Source: an uncultured Candidatus Saccharibacteria bacterium (GTDB lineage Bacteria; Patescibacteriota; Minisyncoccia; Phycocordibacterales; UBA9973). Taken from it: a stretch of 39,022 nucleotides of DNA. This document shows, in pieces, positions 1 to 8,066 of the stretch (its first letter is position 1; each line of letters begins with the position of its first letter). The stretch lies in assembly GCA_964408725.1 (NCBI GenBank), contig CAYPAN010000001.1:1-39022 (forward strand). Reading direction: 5' to 3'. The notes under the pieces were generated by a model. The model was not told where the DNA came from and made no database searches. It saw nothing but the letters and a program-made list of their open reading frames with translations. The translations under genes and the position numbers were made by a program.

Positions 1-354
1 ATTGTTGCTAGTGCTCCAAATGTGTTGGGGTCATATTTTTCTCCCGGACAAACAGTCGTCTCAATCGTTAACGACCAGGAAATGAAGGCCGTGGGGCAAA
101 TAGAAGAAACTAAAGGATTAGATAGTTTGAAAGCCGGACAGCGAGCGATTTTTTCCGTTGATGCTTTTCCCGGCAAAACTTACGAAGGCATAGTGGATGA
201 AATAAGTCCTGTTTCGGATGATACCGGAGTTGTTTTTGATATCTCAGACCAACGTCCGGTTAAAAAATTTGATGTAAAAGTTCGTTTCAATGTGACAGAA
301 TATCCTGAACTTAAAAGCGGCATGTCTGCGAAAATAACGGTTTATACTAAGTAA
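1..354 (+). CDS. HlyD/EmrA-type efflux adaptor (membrane-fusion protein), C-terminal fragment; 5' end lies outside the window
   Basis: Frame 1 is open from base 1 (IVASAPNVLGSYFSPGQ...), so the Met at 22 in the ORF track is internal. The C-terminal segment (VDAFPGKTYEGIVDEISPV...KFDVKVRF) is typical of HlyD-family adaptors. The stop lies 5 nt before an EmrB-like MFS pump gene. Confidence 0.7.
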   Translation: MVASAPNVLGSYFSPGQTVVSIVNDQEMKAVGQIEETKGLDSLKAGQRAIFSVDAFPGKTYEGIVDEISPVSDDTGVVFDISDQRPVKKFDVKVRFNVTEYPELKSGMSAKITVYTK

Positions 355-359
355 TAAAT

Positions 360-1847
360 ATGGAAGACAATAAAAAAGGCACGAACTTGCGCTGGTGGAT
401 ATTGCTTACTGTTATTATAGGAACATTCTTGGGAAGGCTGGACCAGACCATCGTAAATTTGGCATTGCCGAAAATTATCAACGATTTCGGAATCACAGTC
501 TCTGCCGCGGGTTGGATTGCTACCGCTTATATTCTGGCTAATGCCGTTTTCGTCCCGATTTGGGGAAAATTGGGAGATACTATCGGACGTAAAAAGGTTT
601 ACATCTTGGGATTCAGCATTTTCATTTTAGGTTCGGCCCTAGCCGGACTTTCCTGGAATCTTTTTTCAATGATTATCTTTAGGATAATCCAGTCTATCGC
701 CGGCTCTGCGGACTATCCTACCGCAATGGCTATTTTGGCGGTAACTTTCAGGGAAGGAAAAGAGCGCGCTCAAGCGCTCGGCATTTGGTCATCATCATTC
801 GCGGCAGCCATAGTGTTCGGACCATTGTTGGGCGGGCCATTGATTGATAATTTCGGCTGGCGCTCAGTTTTTTTAATTAATATACCAATCGGAATTTTAG
901 GTATGGCTATGGCCATACGTTTTATAAACGAATCACGTTCAGAGGTAAAAACAAAGTTTTTTGACTGGTGGGGAGCATTAACTTTGGGAGGTATGCTTTC
1001 TTCTTTAGTGTTGGTATTGGACCAGGGCTCCACTTGGGGATGGCTCTCGGCGGGAAGTATTATATGTTATTTTTTTATTGTCCTGCTTCTTGGAATTTTC
1101 ATTAAGATAGAACAAAAAGTTTCTGAACCGATTGTTGACCTTAAATTCTTTAAAATTCCGGCATTTGTCAATACCCTTGTAAATAACTTCGTAGTATTTA
1201 TGGGAATGATGGGCGGTGTTTTTTTAATACCGATTTTTGCCCAGACATTTCTCGGATATAATGCCACGGAATCGGGATATCTATTTATCCCGATGGCCGT
1301 GGCCTTAATGCTTGCGGCACCTGTCGGCGGATTGCTTATGGGTAGAGTGCAGTCTCGATATGTAATATTCGCAAGCACTTTGGTTGCGGCTGTGGGTATT
1401 TTTCTTTTTACCGGACTTGACCCGAAGTCAACGGCCCTCAGTATTATAATTCCTTTATCGGTTATGGCATTCGGGCTTGGATTCGGAATGGCTCAGCGCA
1501 CCAACATCATTGCCTCGGTTGTTCCCCAAAATGAAATAGGCATAGCGTCATCTATTCTCGCTTTGGTCAGAAATATTTCAGGCGCATTCGGCATAGCTAT
1601 TTTTGCCACGATATTAAATAATAGAATTAATACCAACGTACTCACTATTAATGGATTTAGCAAACTAAGCAGCCACATTCCGCTTGAAATTCAAAAATAC
1701 ATTTCACTTATTGCGCTGAAAGCAGAGGTAAATGCCTACGATTATGTTTTTCTTGTTGCTTCAATCATAATCTTTCTAGGTTCGTTTACCATACTTTTCC
1801 TTAAATTAAAACAAGAGAGGCTAGACATAAAAGTGCATGTTGAATGA
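360..1847 (+). CDS. MFS transporter, DHA2 (EmrB/QacA-like, about 14 TM) drug:proton antiporter family
   Basis: 495 aa with many hydrophobic spans. MFS motif-A-like GKLGDTIGRKKV sits after TM2. Tightly coupled to the upstream adaptor gene. Confidence 0.85.
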   Translation: MEDNKKGTNLRWWILLTVIIGTFLGRLDQTIVNLALPKIINDFGITVSAAGWIATAYILANAVFVPIWGKLGDTIGRKKVYILGFSIFILGSALAGLSWNLFSMIIFRIIQSIAGSADYPTAMAILAVTFREGKERAQALGIWSSSFAAAIVFGPLLGGPLIDNFGWRSVFLINIPIGILGMAMAIRFINESRSEVKTKFFDWWGALTLGGMLSSLVLVLDQGSTWGWLSAGSIICYFFIVLLLGIFIKIEQKVSEPIVDLKFFKIPAFVNTLVNNFVVFMGMMGGVFLIPIFAQTFLGYNATESGYLFIPMAVALMLAAPVGGLLMGRVQSRYVIFASTLVAAVGIFLFTGLDPKSTALSIIIPLSVMAFGLGFGMAQRTNIIASVVPQNEIGIASSILALVRNISGAFGIAIFATILNNRINTNVLTINGFSKLSSHIPLEIQKYISLIALKAEVNAYDYVFLVASIIIFLGSFTILFLKLKQERLDIKVHVE

Positions 1848-1898
1848 CACCAGACCAAACAAAAAACCGACTTAGTCGGTTTTTTGTTTGGTCTGGTG
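1848..1898. terminator. Bidirectional intrinsic terminator, perfect 24-bp stem
   Basis: CACCAGACCAAACAAAAAACCGAC-TTA-GTCGGTTTTTTGTTTGGTCTGGTG lies between convergent genes. A/T runs inside the stem serve either direction. Confidence 0.75.
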
Positions 1899-1909
1899 GA
1901 AAGTTAAAA

Positions 1910-2710
1910 TTAAAAACCAAAGATATGCGCAAAGAATGAACCGATTCCACTAAAGAATCCTTTGTGGGGAGTTGTTCCCGCAGTGGTTGTAGCCGGCTTA
2001 GCTTGGTCTATTATGCTTGATGCAACAACGGTATTACCGTTCACCGTGCCTTGCACAACTATCATATCCCCGACAGCTATGTTCGAGATTGTTGCGGCAG
2101 AGTTTGAATCCTGCATTACTTTTGAATTTGTTGCGTCAACCGTATAGCTAACGTTGCTTTTATTTGTAATCACTAAGGTAGAACCATTTATCGAAGAAAC
2201 GGTGCCCGCGACAACAGGTTGCCCATTTCCTGCGACAGTAGGAAGTCCTTGTTCTCCCTGCCCAGGTTTGTTTGCGCCATCTCCTCCTCGCATCATCACA
2301 CCGTCACGAATATTCGTGGCAACTACATTTGTACCACTTACCGTACCTTGCGCAATGATGGTGTCCCCTACCGCTATACTTGCGATAGTGCCGGCAACAT
2401 TATTTTTCATAATTTTTGCGTTTGTGGCGTCCACGGTGAACGTGGTTGTGGTGGCAGTTGTGGTAGTGCCGGCTGCCCCAAGACCTTGTTTGCTATTTAC
2501 CGTTATGGTATTGCCATTTATGGCTTCCACCGTGCCGAAAACAGCGGGTTTCATCATACCGCCTGCGCGATTACGCATCATACCTCCCCAAGCTCCGTTA
2601 CCGGGCCCTGCCCCTGTAGATGTGGTAGCGGCAAAAGCGGGAGTGGTTACTACAGCTAAAGCTAATACAGCTAAAGTCATAATTGAATAAACATATTTTT
2701 TACTATTCAT
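1910..2710 (-). CDS. Secreted or anchored protein with two tandem DUF5666-like beta domains and Gly/Met-rich linkers
   Basis: N-terminal signal peptide (MTLAVLALAVVTTPAFA). Two internal repeats: GTVEAINGNTITV...VDATNAKIMKNN...IAVGDTIIAQGTVSGTNVVATNI and GTVSSINGSTLVI...VDATNSKVMQDS...IAVGDMIVVQGTVNGNTVVASSI. Confidence 0.7.
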   Translation of the reverse strand: MNSKKYVYSIMTLAVLALAVVTTPAFAATTSTGAGPGNGAWGGMMRNRAGGMMKPAVFGTVEAINGNTITVNSKQGLGAAGTTTTATTTTFTVDATNAKIMKNNVAGTIASIAVGDTIIAQGTVSGTNVVATNIRDGVMMRGGDGANKPGQGEQGLPTVAGNGQPVVAGTVSSINGSTLVITNKSNVSYTVDATNSKVMQDSNSAATISNIAVGDMIVVQGTVNGNTVVASSIIDQAKPATTTAGTTPHKGFFSGIGSFFAHIFGF

Positions 2711-2842
2711 ACATTATTATATATTTTATTAATAAATTTACAGAAGTGCGACACAATCTGTATATAAGCATATACGCTTCATAAATTAAAATGGTGCACT
2801 GTTTTTTGCATTAGACACCGAATGCTAGTATAATTAGACTTA

Positions 2843-3310
2843 ATGGATGGAGATAAAAAACTAGAGTGGACTGCGTTAGAGTACGAAGAAAAAGAGCGTG
2901 GCGTCGATTGGTTTTGGGCGCTCGGCATTATAGTGGTGGCAAGCTCAGTGGCTTCGTTTATTTATGGCAACTTTTTTTTCGGACTACTTTTGATAATAGG
3001 AGGAATACTGCTCGGGGCTTTTGCCGTTAAAAAACCGGACTTGGTTTTTTATGAATTGAACAAAAAAGGGTTAAAAATAAAGAATCGCCTTTTTCCTTAC
3101 GAAAACATCAAGTCTTTTTGGGTGAAAAGGGATAATATAAAACCTATACTTTTCATAAAATCAGAAAGGTTGTTTATGCCGATAATTTCAATGCCTGTAA
3201 AACAAAATTTAGTGGAAGAAATAAGAAATTTTATGCTCCTGGGTAATGTTCTTGAAGAAGAAATGAAAGAACATCCGTCCGAAAAAATAATGGACTCGCT
3301 CGGTTTCTAA
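2843..3310 (+). CDS. Small membrane protein (two TM helices plus a C-terminal soluble domain), function unknown
   Basis: 155-aa ORF with hydrophobic segments WFWALGIIVVASSVASFIY and FFFGLLLIIGGILLGAFAV. No recognisable catalytic motif. Confidence 0.55.
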   Translation: MDGDKKLEWTALEYEEKERGVDWFWALGIIVVASSVASFIYGNFFFGLLLIIGGILLGAFAVKKPDLVFYELNKKGLKIKNRLFPYENIKSFWVKRDNIKPILFIKSERLFMPIISMPVKQNLVEEIRNFMLLGNVLEEEMKEHPSEKIMDSLGF

Positions 3311-3358
3311 TTTGAGTTTTTTGGTGAAAACTGTTAATCTTCAATAACAAAAGAAGAC

Positions 3359-3430
3359 GCCCTCATAGTTTAATGGATAGAATGCGAGCTTGCGGAGTTT
3401 GCGATGTAGGTTCGATTCCTACTGAGGGCA
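3359..3430 (+). tRNA. tRNA-Arg (anticodon GCG)
   Basis: Hand-folded cloverleaf. Acceptor GCCCTCA/TGAGGGC with discriminator A. D arm GTTT-AATGGATA-GAAT. Anticodon stem CGAGC/GTTTG (three G-T pairs) with loop TTGCGGA. T arm GTAGG-TTCGATT-CCTAC. No encoded CCA. Confidence 0.75.
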
Positions 3431-3477
3431 CAAAAGAACAAAGTCATTTTACTGCACTAAACTTATTTTTATCTTAC

Positions 3478-3816
3478 TTAGTCTGTCAGCAATTCCTCTA
3501 TTATTTGTTCCTTTACAGGTAACAAATAATCTTCTTCTCCGCCGGATATCGGAAAATACTGGAGGTCATCTTTTATGTATCTTTTAAGTTCAGTAGCAAA
3601 CTTCTCACCTTTCTCCTTCCTTGCGCGGTCAATAAGATTTTTAATTTCCCCGTAAAGATTCTGGCCTAAAATACCAATACCGTTCTCAGGCATAGATGAA
3701 ATAAGGGGTTTATTTTTATCCTCAAAATTATCAAAAAAATTCTCGGAAATCAGGTGAAATGGCTGATTAAAATCATAGAAACGAAAGACGTTATCTGGCT
3801 GTCTATCGAGTTGCAT
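3478..3816 (-). CDS. Hypothetical protein
   Basis: 112-aa ORF with no recognisable motif. Occupies the gap between the tRNA and the sigma factor gene. Confidence 0.45.
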   Translation of the reverse strand: MQLDRQPDNVFRFYDFNQPFHLISENFFDNFEDKNKPLISSMPENGIGILGQNLYGEIKNLIDRARKEKGEKFATELKRYIKDDLQYFPISGGEEDYLLPVKEQIIEELLTD

Positions 3817-3898
3817 ACAAGCATTATATATTAATAAAAAGATTTGTAAAATACTCGTGCCAGCAAACCCTACCCAAAATTTATGTTATATTTAACAT

Positions 3899-4465
3899 AT
3901 GCTGTTTGATGGAAACGACGAAGAAGTAATAGCTTTATATAAAAATGGCGTTGAAGAAGCATTTATGGAGTTGATAAACCGTTATACCTCCCCTCTTTAC
4001 AATTTTTCCGCGCGTTTGACTGACAAAAATACGGCATCCGACATAGTCCAAGAAACTTTTATAAAAGTTTGGAAAAATTTGTATAAATTTGATTCTTCAA
4101 AAGCAAGTTTTAAAACCTGGATTTTTACCATAGCGAAAAATACCGCCACCGATTTCTTGAGAAAAAAGAAAAGTCTGCTTTTTTCCGATATGGAAAATAG
4201 AGATGACAAAGGCTCGGATACTTTTTCAGAAAAAATAGCCGATGAAAATTTGCTCCCCGACGAAGCATTGCAACAATTGCAAGATTCTGATTTACTCAAT
4301 AATGTGCTAGAAAAACTTCCAACACATTACAAAACAATTATGGTACTTCATTATCAGGAAGATATGACTTTTGACGAAATAGGCAAAATATTAAATAAAC
4401 CCCTAAATACTGTAAAAAGCCAGCATCGCCGTGCTATAATTTTAATGCGTAAAATCCTTGGTTAA
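3899..4465 (+). CDS. ECF-type RNA polymerase sigma-70 family factor
   Basis: 188 aa. Region 2 (DIVQETFIKVWKNLYKF, WIFTIAKNTATDFLRKK) and region 4 HTH (MTFDEIGKILNKPLNTVKSQHRRA). Confidence 0.85.
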   Translation: MLFDGNDEEVIALYKNGVEEAFMELINRYTSPLYNFSARLTDKNTASDIVQETFIKVWKNLYKFDSSKASFKTWIFTIAKNTATDFLRKKKSLLFSDMENRDDKGSDTFSEKIADENLLPDEALQQLQDSDLLNNVLEKLPTHYKTIMVLHYQEDMTFDEIGKILNKPLNTVKSQHRRAIILMRKILG

Positions 4466-4527
4466 ACGAACCAGAACTCCGAAAATTGCGTATAAACTTA
4501 TGTACCGCCATTAAATGGTTTAAATTT

Positions 4528-5073
4528 ATGAAAAAATTGATATTATCTTTTTTTGTTGTAGGAAGTTTCACATTATATGCGATATATTACGGGTCAAGTA
4601 ATGACACTTTGAGTTATGTGGCCACTCCAGTGACTTTGGTAAAAAGTAAAATCGCAACAAGCGTTAAAACTATTAAAACCCAAAATACTTCCACTCCTAG
4701 AACGGAAACCCAACAACCGGTACAAAAAACTGTGCCAACACCGACGATACCCGCGCCAACTAAGATAGTAGCCGTAGTAAATAAAGGCATATATAAAGAC
4801 GGCGAATATACGGGAAATAGCGTAGACGCGTATTATGGATATATACAGGTAAAAGCCGTCATCACAAACGGTAAACTTTCTGACGTGGTCTTTTTGGATT
4901 ACCCGCAAGACAGAGGAAATTCGGTTAGAATAAGCAATTACGCAATGCCAATATTAAAATCGGAAGCTATAAAAATGCAGAACTCGAACGTCAATACTGT
5001 TTCCGGAGCCACAGATTCAAGCGGAGCATTTAAAAAGTCTTTGGCTTCCGCATTGGCTCAAGCAAAAGCTTAG
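4528..5073 (+). CDS. Membrane-anchored FMN-binding domain protein (NqrC/RnfG-type FMN_bind), predicted flavinylation substrate
   Basis: ATG at 4528 (MKKLILSFFVVGSFTLYAIY signal anchor) is preferred over the TTG at 4486. The C-terminal FMN_bind domain carries the flavinylation motif SGAT in NVNTVSGATDSSGAF. Confidence 0.75.
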   Translation: MKKLILSFFVVGSFTLYAIYYGSSNDTLSYVATPVTLVKSKIATSVKTIKTQNTSTPRTETQQPVQKTVPTPTIPAPTKIVAVVNKGIYKDGEYTGNSVDAYYGYIQVKAVITNGKLSDVVFLDYPQDRGNSVRISNYAMPILKSEAIKMQNSNVNTVSGATDSSGAFKKSLASALAQAKA

Positions 5074-5092
5074 TTTAACCTATACTTTAAAA

Positions 5093-5836
5093 ATGAAACA
5101 AGAAAAAATTTTAATGGGTATGACAATAAAAATAGAAATCAATGACAAAAACGCAAATGAGGAGATTTTTAATAAAATTTTTTCTTATTTTGAAGAAGTA
5201 GACAAAAGATTCAGCACTTACAAGGAAGACAGTGAAATCTCAAAAATAAACCGAGGTGAACTTAAGGCAAACAAATGGAGTTCTGATATGAAAGAAATTT
5301 TCAAGCTTTCGGAAAAAACAAAAAAGGAAACAAACGGATATTTTGATATACAAAGGCCCGATGGAAAATACGACCCATCCGGACTGGTGAAGGGCTGGGC
5401 AATTTGGGAGGCGGCAAATATAATCAAAAAAGAGGGCTATAATGATTTTTATGTTGACGCCGGCGGAGATATTCAGGCTTTCGGAAAAAACGACCAAAAT
5501 GAACCTTGGAAAATAGGCATACGAAATCCTTTCAAGACCGAAGAAATAATAAAAAAACTTTCAATCAAAGACATAGGTGTGGCGACTTCCGGCACTTATG
5601 TGCGAGACCAGCATATTTACAATCCCAAAAACCCAAATGAAAAAATAGAGAATATCGTCAGCTTAACGGTAATAGGTCCAAATGTTTACGAAGCCGACAG
5701 GTTCGCCACAGCGGCTTTCGCTATGGGAAAAAACGGAATATATTTTATAGAAAATCTTCCGGGCTTTGAAGGATATATGGTTGATAAGAATGGAGTCGCA
5801 AAAATGACTTCCGGTTTTGAAAAATACGTAATTTAA
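5093..5836 (+). CDS. apbE: ApbE-family FAD:protein FMN transferase
   Basis: MGMTIKIEI..., SEISKIN, GYFDI, VKGWAIWEA, DAGGDIQAFG, GVATSGTYVRDQHIYNP and EADRFATAAF match the conserved ApbE blocks. No obvious signal peptide or lipobox. Confidence 0.85.
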   Translation: MKQEKILMGMTIKIEINDKNANEEIFNKIFSYFEEVDKRFSTYKEDSEISKINRGELKANKWSSDMKEIFKLSEKTKKETNGYFDIQRPDGKYDPSGLVKGWAIWEAANIIKKEGYNDFYVDAGGDIQAFGKNDQNEPWKIGIRNPFKTEEIIKKLSIKDIGVATSGTYVRDQHIYNPKNPNEKIENIVSLTVIGPNVYEADRFATAAFAMGKNGIYFIENLPGFEGYMVDKNGVAKMTSGFEKYVI

Positions 5837-5849
5837 AAATAAAAAAAAT

Positions 5850-7379
5850 ATGATGGAATACATAGATAATTTCTTAAATAAAATAACGATGTATAGGCTT
5901 GTATTATACGCGCTTATTATGATGATACTGGCGGGTCTGGTGTTCTCTGTTTTTGGAGTATTGCCATACAACCCGCTTCTTTTCTTGGCAGGAATCGCTT
6001 TTATTATAGCGATTTCTCTGATTTTCAATGAAATATTTTCCTTGGTTTTTGATGCTCCGACTAATTTTGAATCAATCTATATTACGGCGCTTATACTGGT
6101 CTTAATCATCACGCCTGTAAAAGACATAGGAGATATTTCTTACTGGATGTTCTTGTTTTGGGCTTCCGTTTTAGGCGTGGCATCCAAATATATTCTGGCA
6201 ATAGGCAAAAAACATATTTTCAACCCGGCAGCTTTTGCCGTGGCAATAACAGCATTTACCATAAATCAATATGCCAGTTGGTGGGTCGGCACTCTCATTA
6301 TGGCCCCATTCGTAATCTTGGGAGGACTTTTAATTGTCCGCAAAATAAGAAGGTCCGATATGGTTATAACTTTTTTAATATCAGCGTTTATATTTATAAT
6401 AGGCGCCCGCGCATTCAATATATCCAATTTTTTTAACACTATTTACCAAACTCTTTTCTATACACCTATATTATTCTTTGCTTTTGTGATGTTCACGGAA
6501 CCTTTAACTTCTCCGCCTCAAAAATCTTTCCGAATGCTGTATGGGGCATTGTGCGGTTTTTTCTTCTCCCCTTTAGTCCATATAGGCTCGGTTTTTTTCA
6601 CACCGGAACTTTCCCTCTTGGCTTCTAACTTATTCTCTTACATAGTCAGTCCAAAACAAAAACTTGTATTAAAACTCAAAGAGAGGGTGCAAGTGGCGCA
6701 AGATACTTACGATTTTGTATTTTCCAATCCTCGTCCATTCTATTTCAAACCGGGAAAATATCTGGAATGGACTTTGGATTACAATAAAATAGATTCGCGA
6801 GGCAACAGAAGATACTTTACAATAGCTTCTTCCCCGACGGAAAAAGAAATACGGATTGGAATAAAATTTTACCCCAATGGAAGCAGTTTTAAGAAAAAAC
6901 TTTTATCCATAAATGAGAGCGATATTGTTGTGGCTTCAGGGCTGGCCGGAAATTTTACAATGCCCGGGAATAAAAAGAAAAAACTGGTTTTCATCGCCGG
7001 CGGAATAGGCATCACTCCATTCCGAAGTATGATTAAATACCTTCTGGATATGAAACAAAAAAGAGATATAGTTTTACTATATTCAAACAGAACTCCAGCT
7101 GACATTGCCTATAGAGACATATTGGACCAAGCGCAAAACTATCTGGGAATAAAAACTGTCTATACAATTACCGACAAAGTGCCCGCAAATAGCGTATGGC
7201 AAGGAAAAACAGGCTACATTGACGCTAAAATGATACAACAAGAAATACCGGATTATAAGGAAAGATATTTCTATCTTTCAGGTACGCACGGTATGGTAAC
7301 AACCTTTGACCATACTTTGCAAGAAATGGGAGTAGGAGAAAGTCACATTAAAAAAGATTTCTTTCCCGGTTTTGCCTAA
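5850..7379 (+). CDS. Fusion protein: polytopic NqrB/RnfD-like membrane domain plus ferredoxin-reductase-type FAD/NAD(P)H-binding module
   Basis: The N-terminal ~260 aa are highly hydrophobic, with HIFNPAAFA and FTEPLTSPP motifs reminiscent of the NQR2/RnfD/RnfE family. The C-terminal part has RRYFTIASSP (RxYS FAD motif) and FIAGGIGITPF (NAD(P)H-binding motif). Confidence 0.7.
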   Translation: MMEYIDNFLNKITMYRLVLYALIMMILAGLVFSVFGVLPYNPLLFLAGIAFIIAISLIFNEIFSLVFDAPTNFESIYITALILVLIITPVKDIGDISYWMFLFWASVLGVASKYILAIGKKHIFNPAAFAVAITAFTINQYASWWVGTLIMAPFVILGGLLIVRKIRRSDMVITFLISAFIFIIGARAFNISNFFNTIYQTLFYTPILFFAFVMFTEPLTSPPQKSFRMLYGALCGFFFSPLVHIGSVFFTPELSLLASNLFSYIVSPKQKLVLKLKERVQVAQDTYDFVFSNPRPFYFKPGKYLEWTLDYNKIDSRGNRRYFTIASSPTEKEIRIGIKFYPNGSSFKKKLLSINESDIVVASGLAGNFTMPGNKKKKLVFIAGGIGITPFRSMIKYLLDMKQKRDIVLLYSNRTPADIAYRDILDQAQNYLGIKTVYTITDKVPANSVWQGKTGYIDAKMIQQEIPDYKERYFYLSGTHGMVTTFDHTLQEMGVGESHIKKDFFPGFA

Positions 7380-7436
7380 AATATTCGTAGCTGCAAAAAA
7401 AGTATTTTTAATAATGTTTAAAAACAGCAGATTTAC

Positions 7437-8048
7437 TTAAATTTTTGATTTTTTAAAACGCCTGTACAAGAAAGGAGCAACAAAAAATATCAGAATTATC
7501 GCAATCACGACTATAGTCAATATCTGCAAAGAACTGAATCCGGATACTAATTTATTCCATTCTCTACCAAGCAATCTTCCGGCTAAAACATAGCCCCCGC
7601 TCCATACCACGGCCGACAGTATAACCGAGAGTAAAAATTTCTTGGGAGGAATTTCAAGCAACCCCGCCGCCACAGAAGCATACCCGCGTAAGTATGGAAT
7701 CAAACGGCCCAAAAATATTCCCAATACTTCTTTTTTTGATATTCGTTGTTTAATAGATTCTATCTTTTCCACCGGCAACCAATGTGGCGCATGTCTTAAA
7801 ATTTGGTCTCCAAAAAAATAAAACACGCCGTATAATACAGAAGTGCCGATAAAGTCTGCCGATATTCCGGTCAAGAGTATCAAAGAGAAACTCAAAACTT
7901 TTATTGAGGCAAGATAGCCGGCAAAAAGCAATATGATTTCATTAGGCACCGGATTGGGCACTCCTAATTCTTGCAGAAAAATTAACGAAAAAACAGCGAT
8001 ATAGCCGTAATTTATTATATAATTTTGGAGCCCTGGCGGTATGAGCAT
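7437..8048 (-). CDS. DedA/SNARE-associated family membrane protein
   Basis: 203 aa. Typical DedA N-terminus (YGYIAVFSLIFLQELGVPNPVPNEIILLFAGYL) and the GRLIPYLRGYASVAAG motif. Confidence 0.8.
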   Translation of the reverse strand: MLIPPGLQNYIINYGYIAVFSLIFLQELGVPNPVPNEIILLFAGYLASIKVLSFSLILLTGISADFIGTSVLYGVFYFFGDQILRHAPHWLPVEKIESIKQRISKKEVLGIFLGRLIPYLRGYASVAAGLLEIPPKKFLLSVILSAVVWSGGYVLAGRLLGREWNKLVSGFSSLQILTIVVIAIILIFFVAPFLYRRFKKSKI

Positions 8049-8066
8049 TGTGAATAAAGTATAGTA

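Noticed and set aside
2154-2690. 178-aa and 146-aa ORFs antisense to the DUF5666 gene
   Set aside because: They mirror a Gly/Thr/Ala/Val-rich gene, whose GC-rich codons keep the antisense frames open. The minus-strand product has a signal peptide and an internal domain duplication, so it is the real gene.
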